Made by a program: the position numbers and the translations under genes
The notes under the pieces: model-generated
Told to the model about the DNA's origin: nothing
Database searches by the model: none
The model's input: the letters and a program-made list of their open reading frames with translations, nothing else
Part shown: positions 22,944 through 35,560 of the stretch, piece after piece
Layout of the letters: every line of letters begins with the position of its first letter
Position numbering within the stretch: position 1 is the first letter of the stretch
NCBI GenBank assembly: GCA_013239625.1
Contig: MU054033.1
Coordinates: 434,001 to 498,000 of the forward strand
Reading direction: 5' to 3'
DNA from: Lama guanicoe
Taxonomy: Eukaryota
Length of the DNA stretch: 64,000 nucleotides

Positions 22944-25709
22944 TTTTGTCATTATTTGACTCTCTTTGTCACTAATAGTGCTTCGTTCGTCAAAGTATAT
23001 TTTGCCTGGTGTTAGAATAAGCTATGCCAAATTTATTTTGTTTAATGCGATGGTATTTCTATTTTCATTTTTTTTAACATTTTTTATTGAAAATAAAGGA
23101 GAACAGCACTGGGTTGATGGGCCTTTGGGGAAGCTAACAAAAAGTGGAGATCAGTCAATTAGCAACTAAAAGCTGAGCATGAAAGCTTTGTTGTGTATAA
23201 AGAGGTTCTCATCTCCTGCGGTGCAGGAGCAGAGAAAGTTGAGGATGAGGGCTAGGGTTTAACCGTGAGGGTGACAGAGCTCCTTGTAAGGGTGAACTCC
23301 CAGTCAAGGCAGAACTGTGATGCCAAGGCCAGGGCATGGCAGGGGAAGAATGGGGCTTTGGCACCTGGGATGGGGACATCTGGGTGAATGCTTCCCCAAA
23401 CCTGAATCTCCGGATTCCCTCCAACCTCTGAGCCTGCAGAAGTGGCTCTCCTGCCTGTTGAGGGCTGGCATTTGCTCCTTGTTCAGGATGTTTCAGGGTC
23501 CTCTCCTCCCGAAAACCCACATGCCTCTCCCAGGACCTTCCCCCACATCCCCTCCCAGCTTCCAGGCCAGTAACGCAGGCTAAGTCACGACACACGCCAG
23601 CCTGGCATTGCTGGGCCTGAAAGGGAGGCAGGGGACTGTAGCTCAGGAAGCCGCAGAACCGGGTAGACAGGTAAGGAGTTAAGGAGTCCAGCAAGATGCA
23701 GGATCAGGGCGTGCTTTCAAGGGAGCCGGAACGTAAGGCTGAATAAGGGAAGCTGTTTGAGCTATTTAGAGTGTTAACGTTACTTCCTCCAATAAATCTC
23801 TTGCATGCCTACCCCTTCTTGGAAACCACTTCTTGGAGGACCAAACTGACACAGAACTGCATTGCAGCTCAGCTTTGAGCCCTGCATCCTTCCCTTCCCT
23901 TCCCCTCCCCTCCAAGGTGTCGATCCCAAGAGCATTCCGAACACATCTCTCACTGCCGATCTCCACCTCGGGGTCTCCTTCCCGGGGATCCAGCCCCTGG
24001 CAGTTGCCTCTGCAAAGGACTTCATTCCTATGTTGTCTTGGTCCTCCTTTCCCGCTTTTCCCTAAGCTTTCGCAGCTCACTTTTAATTTCCTAAGCTTTC
24101 CTTCTGTCGTGTTATTGTCTCTACTTTGGCACCTGTATCGCGCTCATGGAGGAACGTGCGCTCCCAGTTTTCATTTCCTCCTCATGGCTGTTCTTCATCT
24201 GCCTTTATTCTTTGTTCCTGTTCTTTCCTTGGAGGAGAATTACTCATGTTAATGAGGACAGTTCTCTCTGGATTCCCTGTTTGCTGAGGACTGTGTGGAG
24301 GAATGACGGGCCTGGAGGGGGAGCTGTGGACTGAACTCAAGTCTGTCTTTCGGAAGGACTTTCTCATGACTCAGTGTCCTCTGAGCAGGGATGGGTCTGC
24401 TCACCAGTTCCAGTGGCCCGTTCCATGCTAAGCAGGCCTGTGGTTTACAACAGTCCCTAATGCTCCAGGGTATCTGGAGTCTTAAGGCAATTAATATTAA
24501 TCCGACTGCCATGAAGATCCCTTCTCCGACCTTTTGTTCTTTTCAGAAAGACGGGGCATCTTGACGGCCTCCTCCCGGCCCTGGTTCATCCGCAGTGCTC
24601 GATAGGGACACCTCAGGCCAGGACCTTTGGTTGGACCCCATAGGGTCGTGCCACCCTTTAATGGAAAACTGTAGGCTGGAAAAGACCTGTGTGTGCAGGG
24701 CTGGTGGGGTACATATGTTTTCCCGTGTCATGTCTCAGTTTGTTCCAAAATGTGTTGTATTTGGCAGCTAGCCTTTGTAGCTTTGGTTTTTGCATGCATT
24801 TTCAATGCAAATGGTGTTTTCTTTTCTATTGCTCATTCTTTTTGTTGTTTTAAGTTGGCCTTGGGGATGGACGTGAACTTGGACCAGAATCCCAAAGTAA
24901 GTTTTTACAAGCTATTTATTTTTTACTCTTTTAAAAGAATCCAATTTACTTTAGCACCTCAACCACATAGCTGGAGATGTGCTGTGTCTTAATTAGTAAG
25001 GAGTTAGCAACACAAACTATGAAAACCCAGAATGAAAGGGAAAAGTGCGCAAAGCGAGACCAAAAATGCAAACACGGACATTGTTCTTTTAATCATATAT
25101 TAGAAATAGATTTGGAAAGCAGAACCAAAAAAAAAAAAAATCAGTTTGGAATCGCCTCATGGAAACAAAGCTGGTTAAAAACACAAAGGTCAGGGCGGTG
25201 TTCACAGTGTTCTACATTGCTCATAAAAACTGCCGTCAAGAAGTGGTGATGATGCAGTCCTGGAGGAAAACAAGCCACTGCAGTGGTGCGGAGGCTCCCC
25301 CCGCCCCGAGTGAGGTCATCCGCGTGGTGAGGCAGGATGGGCATCTGCCGTCTAAACTCTGCGCAGGCTGCAGCGCACCACAAACACAGTCTTTGTTTCC
25401 TGTGACCCTTGCTCTCATTTCACTGGATAAAGATTGGTTCATAAGATGAGACTTCTCTGAAGTAACTTCACTGAGGACATTCAATGCAATTTCTTTACGA
25501 GCAAATGCTAATAAACTTCAATGTCTTTGTCTCAAAAGTGTTGCTAATCCCGAGTGATTCATAGTGGATGGAGGGGGAGGATGTGTGGGTTGGGGAGAGT
25601 GATTGAGCAGACTCATTTCCATGCTGTCTTCCTTTTTGTCTTACCAAACATCTAAAGGCCAGCTTGGGATCAGCCCACATGCCCCAAGCTTTTCTAGATT
25701 TTCACGATC

Positions 25710-25748
25710 TTTTTTGTTTTTTTTTAATCGACGTATAGTCAGTTACAC
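25710..25748 (-). mobile_element. Ultra-short L1 3' terminal insertion
   Basis: T tract plus aatcgacgtatagtcagttaca (antisense L1 end) between tttcacgatc (25700-25709) and tttcactatc (25749-25758). Confidence 0.75.
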
Positions 25749-26164
25749 TTTCACTATCAAATGAGCAGTTACAATGGAAGAGAAATGGCAGTGACTCAAA
25801 CCCCACTCTGCCTGGTTTACACGTTAAAAAGCAGTTATCCCGGCTGGAGAGAAGCGGTTTATATTTCAGGAACACAAACTACAAATTTTCTGAAAACTAC
25901 AATTTCATTTTATGAAAAGATAATGGATTCCCTATGTCTTTCAGCCCATTAGCAAGATGTGTAAAAAGAATTGAGGTGAAAGTAGGGGAGAGTCTCACCC
26001 ATCTCAATACAATGCAAATGAAAGAGCAGCCCCAGATGTTCAGTTCTTCTCAGGAATTAGAAAATGTTTCTGATTAAACTAAAGGGAGCGCGTGCTCCAG
26101 TGACAAACCTGACAGCTGCATAGATGCCATGGTCATTCTCCATTCTGTTCCTGAATTTACATTA

Positions 26165-26628
26165 TGTAGCAGGTGGAACAGTGGACCCAAAGATGTCAGA
26201 TTCTAATCCCTGGAACCTGTAAATGTCACTTTGTAAAGAAAAAGAGTCTTTGCAGATGTGATTAAGTTAGAGATCTTTATGGTAAGATTATCCCAGATCA
26301 CGTGAGTGGAATCTAAATGCCATCACATGTGTCCTTGTGAGAACGGAGAGAGACGTGGCACAGATGCAGAAGAGGAAAAGTCAAGGTGAAGACAGAGGCA
26401 CAGAAAGGAGTGACGTGACCACAAGTGGAGGGATGCTGGCAGCACCGGAAGTTGGCAGGGAAGGGAGTCTCTCCTGTGTCACGGGGAACGTGGCCCTGGG
26501 GACACCTTGATTTCAGCCCAGTGAAACTCACGTTGGACTCCTGGCCTCCAGAATCACTGAGAATAAGCCTCAGTTGTCGTAAGCCAAGGTGGTGGTAATT
26601 TGCTATTGTAGCAACAAGAAACTAGTAT
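26165..26628 (+). mobile_element. MaLR MLT1 (C/D-like) solo LTR
   Basis: tgtagcagg..cccaaagatgtc..ctaatccctggaacctgtaaatgtcac..tttgcagatgtgattaagtt..gtggtaatttg. Confidence 0.88.
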
Positions 26629-27714
26629 TTGTATTTACATACTTATTCCTATATAAATATGATATGGTTTTAGTTTATCCTTTCTTATCACTTAATTAAA
26701 ACATGAATACCACAAAAAAAGCATAAAATTGAAAGCAACTATTTTCTAGCATTTGACTTGCATCATTTAAAAAATTTTTTAAGATAAGTGCATGTAAAAA
26801 CTGGCCTGTAATTACATGGTGTCAATGTCAGTTTCCTGGGTTTGATGATAAAGTCTGCGTATGCATGTGTTTACCATTGGAAGAAGCTTGTAGAAATGTG
26901 CAAAGCTTTTCCGAACTATTTTCACAACTTTTTGTGATTCTATACTTATCTCAAAACAAGAAGTTAAGAAAGAACTTTTCTTTGTTTTGTCTTTCATTCG
27001 TTCGCTTTTTGTATCAGTCACTGGTTGATTTTTGGTGGTTTCAGGGTTGAATGAATGAAAACGCTATACAGTCCATTTACTCTTCAAGAAGAAGTATTTA
27101 AACCAGTGGCTTATGAAGTGATGGAGGATTTAATACCCACGTTTTCCAGAAACCTTTGCAGAGGGTGGGCGAAGAGAGAATATTGACTGTCAATCATGGG
27201 GGCACAAGGCAATCACTCTGCATTCACCAGCTCAGATATCGTGGCGGTAAACAGTGGCATAATATTCAGATGCTGGAAGCCAGCGTAGGAGGACAAAGTT
27301 ACTCTTGCCCCAAAGTGTCTTGCCCTTTCTATCCAGGACGACCAGTGCCTTTCCTGGAAGAAGACAGTGTAGGGGGTGGGATAACACAGAAACTTCGGGG
27401 GAGGGGTAATTCCTTTCTACAACCAGATGCTAAGTGGTCTTGCTGGCAGCCAAGGGCAGAGTAAATCAAGGCAGTGAGACTCCTGAGCGTTGCAGAAGTA
27501 AAGCATATCTGAAAATAATTTGTGGTCCCTTGTCACTGTTCTTCCTAACTTCGCCAAGACTCAGCCAAGGAGCCCAAAGCCTTCGTGACCTCTTAAAATT
27601 TTGATCAAACACTATCCCATCCTTGAGGAAATGATTAAAATCCATGCTCTAAGTTACATAAAATAAAATAGAATAACTCAATGTTTCCTCTCGTGGTACA
27701 TTTTTAGGAACTGT

Positions 27715-28060
27715 ACTCATTCATTCAACAAGTATTTATTATATTCTGGAGACAGTTTCAGGCACCTGGGATACATCAATAAACAAACCGACATAGACTC
27801 CTGCCTTTTGGAACGTAGGCTCGAGTGAAAAGAAACAAAAATTACAAGCATAATAAATAAGACAACTTACAATTTTATATAAGGTAGTAAAGGAATGACA
27901 TATTGCAAAGATGTGGTTTGAACAGACTTTAAAGGAGGTGGAGAAGTGAGTCATGTTAATGACTAAGAGGAGAGGATGGCAGATGCAGAAGCCAATGGAA
28001 CGGCCCTCAGATGGACTCAGGCTTGAGGAAGGGCAATGGTACTGCTGTTCCTGAGCATGT
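27715..28060 (-). mobile_element. L2 3' end
   Basis: cattcattcaacaagtatttatt..ggcacctgggatacatcaataaacaaa. Confidence 0.8.
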
Positions 28061-28804
28061 GGAAGGGGATAATCTATTACAAAGTGGAAAAAAAATGGTG
28101 TAAGGTAGAAGCGGAGTTAATTGATCTTTGGCGCTAGTCCTCAAACTTTAATTCACAACAGAAGAACAGGAAGGGCTTGTCAAACCACAGGCTGCTGAGC
28201 GCAGGACCCACAATGGTGGAGTGCAAGGAGCTTGACCAAACCTCTCCCAAAATAGGAACAATAAAACTGGAAGAACGACTTAAAAAAACAAAATTTCAAG
28301 ACCATAAAATTCAACCAAAGGCAAGCAACAAACTGAGAAGGATTTACCCAATAAAACCACTGAACCTTAAAAAGAACAGTCTTGCCTGAGGCTGGTCCTG
28401 CCCCAAAGCCCCACCTCGGTCAGCACGAGGTTTCTACCAGGGCGTGAAAACTGCAAGCTTTCCTACCAGAGGGTGATGGCTTGATTCGGAGTGGAGATCC
28501 GGGAAAGCTCATGCCCTGGAGACTGTTGGGAATAGTAGCCAGCCCAGGGGCAAAGGAATCGGGGTGGGGGACAGCACTCTGGTTAGCCTGAGGTTCTGAT
28601 TTTGGTTGGGGCAAGCTGACCAGCAGACTGGCTAGAATTTATGTAGGAAATCCAGGGAATGAGATAGCCCCAGCGACCTTGCTGAGCTCCCTCATTTTCC
28701 TGTCTGTAGCTGGAAGACTGTGCATATGCACAAGGCTGCACGTACACTCAGAAGGAAACAGAGAGGCCCTCAGCGATCCCCAGCTCTCTGGCTGAATGTG
28801 GAGC

Positions 28805-28826
28805 CACACACACACACACACACACA
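28805..28826. repeat. (CA)n microsatellite
   Basis: Run of CA dinucleotides. Confidence 0.95.
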
Positions 28827-29048
28827 GAGGAGACATGAAAGGGCTGGGTGGAAAGTGAACGCCGGGACAAGTTTATAAATGACCTGAACTTTGAAGGAGT
28901 GCCTCAGCCACAGACAGATCTATTGGCAAGGAGAGGAATCCTTACTCATTCAGTGTAGTTGAGCATAATCTCTGAGCAATCGTTGGCTGACCACTAAGAT
29001 GTATTGAAACAGAGTCACCCATAAGGAGTCAAGCATATAAGTGAAAAC

Positions 29049-29180
29049 AGGGGAAGGAAGGAAGGAAGGAAGGAAGGAAGGAAGGAAGGAAGAAAGAAGG
29101 AAGGAAAGAAAGAAAGAAAGAAAGAAAGAGAAAGAAAGAAAGAAAAAGAAAAGAGGGAGGGAGGAAGGAAGAAGAAAGGA
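29049..29180. repeat. Compound (GGAA)n/(GAAA)n polypurine microsatellite
   Basis: About 130 nt of pure purines on the + strand. Confidence 0.97.
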
Positions 29181-30278
29181 CAGCTAGAGACATCAGCAAC
29201 CACGTACCACGGGGACGACAGACAACACTGAAGTAGTTAAGGCAAATTGCCAAAATAGGAAAACAAGCAAAAAAAAAGTGCAAGAACAGCAACCCTTGGT
29301 GTGAGGTTGGGGGAGAACCATAATTGCTACAATAAATCCTCCAAGATGTTCAGGCTTCAACAACATATGACGAGGCAGTCTAAGGAACAGCAGAGTACGA
29401 CTTAGACTCAGGGCAATAAGCAGCTGATAGGAACTGGCTCTGAGGAGGCCCAAATGGTGGAGTTCGAAGACAAAGGCTTCCAGCCACTGTTACAAAAATG
29501 TTCAAAATACTAAGAAAAAAGAATAAAGAAAAAGTAAACAGAAAAAAAAATGTGCAGAGCCTCAGGGACCCAGAGGACACCACCAAATGCACCAACATAC
29601 GTGTGATGGAAGTCTCAGGAGAAAAGAGAGGAGGGGCAAAAAAAAAATGGAAAAAAGAACCCCTCAAAACCCCATAATTTGATTTTAAAAGTCATTGATT
29701 CATAGATTTGAGAAGCTCAACAAATTTCAAGTAGGACAAACACAAAGAGACCTGTGTCTGAACACCTCATCATCAAACTTTTGGCAAAGACAAAGAAAAT
29801 GCCATAAAAGCCAGAGAAGAACGATTCATCACATACAGGGAAAATTCACATGATTAGAGGCTGACAGAAATAATGAAGGTCACAAGGGAATATAATGACA
29901 TATTCAAAGTGCTGAAAGGAAAAAAGACAAGAATCCCACTTCCAGAAAAGTTATCTTTCATAAATTAAGGCAAAATAAAGTCATTTCCAGATCAGCAAAG
30001 GCTAAGAGAATGCACTGCTAGGAAATCTGTCTTACAGTAAATGCTAACATCAAAGAGAAAGCGAAGATCTGAGTCTACTGGAATCAGATGTGTGAAAGGC
30101 TTTAAAATCACATCGGATGTGCTGGGGAAGAGATGCACCTCCAGTGTGATTTTGTGGATTAATGGGCAGTGGGAGTGGGGAGTAAGTACCTCCAACATCC
30201 AAAAGGGGTCAAAAAAGGGACAAATGATACCACTATTGTTAGTATATTTTTGTTAAGTGAAACAGGGTTTGTTTAACT

Positions 30279-31290
30279 CAGTACTTCTCAAACTGTGGTT
30301 CGTGGATCCCTGGTGCTCCATGAGGTCAAATCTTTCCCTCATCTGGCTAAGATGGCACCTGGCTTTTTCAGTCGCATCCTTTCATGAGCTCCCAGTGAAG
30401 ATTTCCAGAGGACATTCAACCTGTGACATTGTAATGGGGACGAAGAAAGCTGACTCCATACCAGATCTGCTCCTTTGGCTCTAACCCAGCGCTCTATGTC
30501 CTGTGCTCAGTCAAGCTGGTTCAGCACCTTTTGTAAAAGAATCTTGCCTATGGCCTGAAATAGACAGGAAAGCCTGTTCCCAAAGCTCTGCCCTGTAAGG
30601 GTGTAACACTTTTCCATTCATACAGAGATAGGAAGTTGCAGAACAGAGAAGAACATTTGTCTTGCTGGAGGTTTGCAGGGGCACCATGACCTGGCCCATG
30701 GGGACGGCTGCAAGAACAAAGGATTCTGACACCAAGAAGTTTGCAACAACCAACCACACCCCCTTCCCCTTTTTAACACAAAAGGAGCCTGAACTCTGAC
30801 CTGGGGAAGATGGTTCTCTAAGACATTAGTCCCCCATCTTCTTGACTTGTTGACTTTCCCAATAAAGTCATTATTCCTTGCCCCAACACCTCACCTCCTG
30901 ATTTATTGGCCTGTCATGTGGCGAGCAGAATGAGTTTGGATTTAGTAGCAATATCATAACAGATGAAATGCAGAAGCAGAGATGAGATCCTGCCATCCGT
31001 CTTCTAAGCTGATATGAAAAAGATTTGCAAGAATGTGAAACACGGACACTGTGTTCATGACTGTTTAGTTTGGGAATTTAAACTTTTGCTTAAAATATAT
31101 TTTTGGTGTTAACATGTAATGAGTTTATTATTGCTGTTTTCAATGAATTAGTAATGTTTTAAAACAGGTTTAATTTCTAGTACTGTGAAATATCAGCAAA
31201 CAAATAATAAACAAAAGCTTTTGGGGGAGGGCCTCAATTCTTTTGAAGGTCACAAAGGGACCCTGAGACCAAGAAGTCTGAGAACTATTG
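30279..31290 (+). mobile_element. hAT-Charlie (Charlie4-like) DNA transposon hosting an LTR
   Basis: TIRs cagtacttctcaaact / agtctgagaactattg; 8-bp TSD gtttaact (30271-30278)/gtttaatt (31291-31298). Confidence 0.85.
30430..30950 (+). mobile_element. ERV1-type (MER34-like) solo LTR
   Basis: TG...CA ends; 4-bp TSD acat/atat; AATAAA at 30861-30866. Confidence 0.85.
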
Positions 31291-32768
31291 GTTTAATTAA
31301 TACATTTTCTTCTTATCATTCAGTTCAAGTAGTTATTATATCAGAAGGGTTTTGATTTCTTGGGTGTAAGAAATGTTTTTAAAAGAAAGAGAAGTCAGCC
31401 TTGCTGAGTTGACCCTGCTGGAACATTCAGCCTTCAGCAGGGGTGACTGAAGGATGGATTTCAAAAGGGCCTGAAGAACCCCTGGGTGGGCAGTGTGCAC
31501 CTGGGAAATGCAGTGACTCAGGAAGAACTCAGGGATGGAGGAATTTTACAGGCAAACTCGTAGCCAGTCTCCAGGAAAGCTGGGAGGGTCCAAGGGGATA
31601 TCAGCCCGGAGGGTGCCCAGGGGAGTTCCCTGAAGCACCCGGTGGAATCCTCCCCAAGCAACTTCAGGGGGACTTACGGGGAGGCGGTGGGTTGCCTGTG
31701 CAAGGTGGACGCTGAGCGGTCCTTCATGTACACTTGAAGGAACTTGCACGCACTGTTGCTATCTGCTCACGTCTGTCAATCCTAACACATTCTGATATCC
31801 ACGGAGACTGACCAGCTTTATCACGGGGCAATTACAGACCACAACAGAATGTTTATGGCAAAGCTGAACACTGACAGGGTTTTAACAGTGGCTTAGTTTC
31901 TCCATCCTTCAAGGGGTCTCTTCAAATCTCTGAGTTCCTCCATCTGGAAAGTGAAAACAGCCTGTTGGGAATAAGGTAATGTTCAGGAATGCCTTGTTCA
32001 AACAACAGCCCCGCTGACAGGAAGTGCTACACAGCCACGAACAATAGATGGCATTTCAGAAGAGAAAAGTGTTCCAGCGAAGATCTGGCAGAGCAGCAAA
32101 CATCTGTAGGAAGTGAAGTCTCTTCCTCATTGCAGAACCTCATCACGCTCTCAGGGAAAAGAGAGAGGAGATTGAGCAAAGTTAGATAAGGGAAGATACA
32201 GGGAATCTGAAATCATAACCTTCAAACTACCCTAGACTCTGAGAACAAGAAAGTATTCAACATAATTAAACTTTTTGCAAACTTAAAGTGGGCCAAGACA
32301 AAAAAAAAAAAAAGCAACTGATTCTTACGGAGCACGCACTATTAATCCATAAAACCGAAATTTACCATGAAAATAACGCACAAGTGGGAGCCATTAGCCA
32401 ACAGTCCTTCTAATCAACGGCATAGACCTTTCTGAGAGTGACAGCACATTGGAAGATCATGGTCAATGTTTCATTGTCTTCCGCTGCACTATGGCAATGT
32501 GTTCTATTGAGATTTTATTAGAAATTGGATGTCGCCCACCCTCTGAAGAAGCCCCCAACAGAGAGCTGGAAATCAGGCAGGGAGGATGGGTGTGCAAGCT
32601 AGAGTGCGCTAAGGGCAAATGGCTGGGAAGGAGGAGAACTGGGAGCCGCTTTCTTCCTCACTCTGTGTTGACTGTCAACCCTGGTGAGCGGCACACCATC
32701 AGCGCTGAAAAAAAAATCTCATGAATAACTGAGGGTAGTGTAATTAAATTGAATTTTACCCTAGAAAG

Positions 32769-33480
32769 TGTGAAGTAAAATTCATATTTTATGGCAAGAC
32801 AAGAAAAAAATTAGACTTAAAAAAAATTCTTTGCTGCCCTTGACCCCCTCTCCCCGTGCTGTGTATTGGGTATCTGCGTTGCGCGAGGACCGAACCTCCC
32901 CCGCCAGCAGGAGTACCTCACCGTAGACAGTGATGTTCACCCAGCATCGAGGCAAGTCCTTGCAGACTGGGAGTTTGAAAGTTGTAGATACTGACAGGTA
33001 TATATAGAATAGAGAAACAAGATCATACTGTGTAGCACAGGGAAATATATACAAGATCTGGTGTAATTCACAGAGAAAAAGAATGTGACAATGAATGTAT
33101 GTATGTTCATGTATAACTGAAAAATAGTGCTCTACACTGGGAATTGACACAACATTGTAAACTGACTTATAAATCAATAAAATAAAATGAAGTTAAAAAA
33201 GACAAGTCCTTGAAAAAGAACATTACTTCCTGATATTGTATGGGGTCACATGACCCAGCAGGACGACATTTAGACCTGGATTATGTGAACTGCCAATAAT
33301 ACATCATCTGATGTACAGCTTCCTGTCTCAAAACACTTAGGAAACTTGCCTTGATTTCCAACTGGTGGAACCGTCCTCAGAGCTTCCTGAGATGCTCCTC
33401 CTGGGTTATAATCCTCAAATTTGGCTCAAATAAAATTTCCCATTGCTTTCTTAGATCGACTGATTAATTTTTCATCGACA
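32769..33480 (+). mobile_element. ERV1-type solo LTR interrupted by a young L1
   Basis: TG...CA with imperfect terminal inverted repeat (tgtgaagtaaaattca / ttaatttttcatcgaca); perfect 4-bp TSD aaag; AATAAA near 33429. Confidence 0.8.
32963..33200 (+). mobile_element. Young 5'-truncated L1 3' UTR
   Basis: TSD caagtccttg at 32953-32962 and 33203-33212; same 3' UTR family as 22740-22940. Confidence 0.95.
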
Positions 33481-34049
33481 AAAGGGAGAGATGGAAATTG
33501 GAGAATAGTTGTGAGAAAGAGGTCGGAAAGGAAGGGTAGGTTTTGCAATATTTTGTTATCTTTCCAGGACAAAGCAGAGCTTGGAGTTGCTTTCCCAGGG
33601 TCTGGAATATTCTATTCAGTTGGACTATACTCCCTGGGGCTACTTCCTCAGTCTTCCTTTGTGTTCTTGGAAAGTTTAGTAAAAAAAAAAATTAAAAATT
33701 AAAAAAAATTACTTCTCTTTCCATGTGTTTAAAAAGCAAAAAAAAATACTAGAAGTGGGTTTGAAAGGAACTTAATATCAGTCAAATTAGATGAATACTG
33801 TGTTTCATAGTTGAGAAGAAGTTGTCAGATGGAGTCTCCTCCTGGTGGGGGAAAAATCAGAAGATACACATGCGACGTGTCCGTCTTTTGGTTTCTACTC
33901 ATGAGAGTCATGCCTCCTGTGTTACTGTTGCGGGGATTAAATGAAATAACAAGCTTAGCACGGCGTACGGACTTAAAGAAATTTAGTGCTATCATCCTCT
34001 CTTTGATGTGGAGGTGGGGTGGAGTCCTCGCGTGCTTTTAAAAAGCTTG

Positions 34050-34545
34050 TTTGAATAGATTTGTTAGAGCAGTTTTGGGTTTACATAAAAATTTCACAGA
34101 AAGTACGGAGAGTTCCCTATGTACCCCCCTCCCTCGTCCACACCCACTATTGTTAGTATCTTGGCATCAATGTGGTACATTTATTATAACTGATGAAGCG
34201 ATATTGATACCTTGTTATGAACTAAAGTCTATAGTTTGCACTAGGGTTGACTCTGTGTTTTTAAGTTCTATGGGTTTTGCCAAAATGTGTAACATCACGT
34301 ATCCACCGTTACAGCATCATACAGAGTCGTTTCACTGCCCTAAAAAATCCTCTGCTCTGTCTGCTCATCCTTCCTTCCCTGCTCGTCCCTGGCAACCACT
34401 GACCTTTTTACTGTCTCCATAGTTTTACTTTTCCAGAACGTCATATAGTTGGAATCATGCACTATCCAGCCTTTCCACACTGGCTCCTTCCACTTAGTAA
34501 CGTGCATTTAAGTTTCCTCCATGTCTTTTCGTGGCCTGAGAGTTC
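34050..34545 (-). mobile_element. Old L1 (L1MC/MD-like) 3' end
   Basis: ttagagcagttttgggtttacat..cctggcaaccactgaccttttt..gttggaatcat. Confidence 0.85.
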
Positions 34546-34894
34546 TCGTCTTTCTTCTTTTCTTCTGCATAATAGTCCACATGCATCTTGCCAATCGTCT
34601 GCTATAGGTTTAAGCATTGGAGTGATGGAAAACTTACAATTTTCAGCACCATGGTGAGGGGAAATTTGACATCTCAGAGATGCAGAATAAAGACAGTAAG
34701 TAACACAGCTTTTGCTGTGCAACAGTACCTGAATACAGCAATATTCAACATCTAGAAACAATATATTGAGTGTAGCACCTACAAGGTGCTGTCTTGGACC
34801 CTCTCAACCCTGGGAACAAAGTGGCGAGTGCACAGACACCGGTCCTGTCGTGCCGCCCCCGCAGCCCGTCCCGGACACCCATGCACACAGCCTG

Positions 34895-35095
34895 CTTCAC
34901 ACTTACCTGGCACTTACTCTGTGCCTTCTGAATGTCGGCTCGTTTAATCCCCACAGTGACGCAGGTGCCATCGTTACTCCCATTTTACAGATGCAGTGAT
35001 GGGGCATAGAGAAGGCATGTAACTTTCTCTGTGTCCCGCCACTCCCGGGTGGCAGAGCTGGGACTGAGACCCCCACAGCCTGGCTTTAGGCTTAA
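34895..35095 (-). mobile_element. MIR
   Basis: tttaatccccac..cccattttacagatg..ggcagagctgggactga. Confidence 0.8.
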
Positions 35096-35169
35096 ATTAA
35101 TTCCTCATCATCAGGCTATGCTGACTTGGTGGCAGTCCAGCGGGAGAGCAGAGAACTAAGGAAGCAACA

Positions 35170-35560
35170 GCGACACGGCATGTTAAACCTGATGATGAGG
35201 CACGAACCCGCTTCCACGGGGGCTCCAGGGTCTGACCCAGCTCTAACTGCAGCGGGCCGCGGCGGGCGGTCAGGGGATGCTTGCTTGAGGCAGAAGCCCT
35301 GTGACGCTGTCTGGGTGGGAGAAAGCGACTTTCTGAAGTGTGACTGCGGGTCAGTCCTTGGCTTCCCAGCGCCTCCGGGTCCCACCGGACGATGAGCAGC
35401 TGGCTCACCCGGTTTGGTGGCATCTGAGTGAGAAACGCGCGGCGCCAAGCGAGAGCGCCCCTCGCGGGCCGGGCCAAGGAGGGGCGAGGGCGGTGGTCTC
35501 GCTGCCTGCTGGGTCCCCACCCGGCCCGGCCGTGGGCTGACGCCCTCGCTCTTCCTCCTT
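35170..35560. promoter_or_regulatory. Small CpG island-like region, putative promoter or enhancer
   Basis: High GC with many CpGs (gcgggccgcggcgggcgg, cgcgcggcgcc, ctcgcgggccgggcc) and GC boxes (gggcgg). Confidence 0.55.

Larger units (their letters stand above)
28210..30050 (+). mobile_element. Old L1 5' UTR/ORF1 remnant
   Basis: ORF1-like cagagcctcagggacc..accaacatacgtgtgatggaagtc..gaagctcaacaaatt..gacatattcaaagtgctgaagg; the 5' part is less certain. Confidence 0.7.

Noticed and set aside
29015..29292. Phe/Leu/Ser-rich ORFs that look transmembrane
   Set aside because: Translations of the (TTCC)/(TTTC) microsatellite
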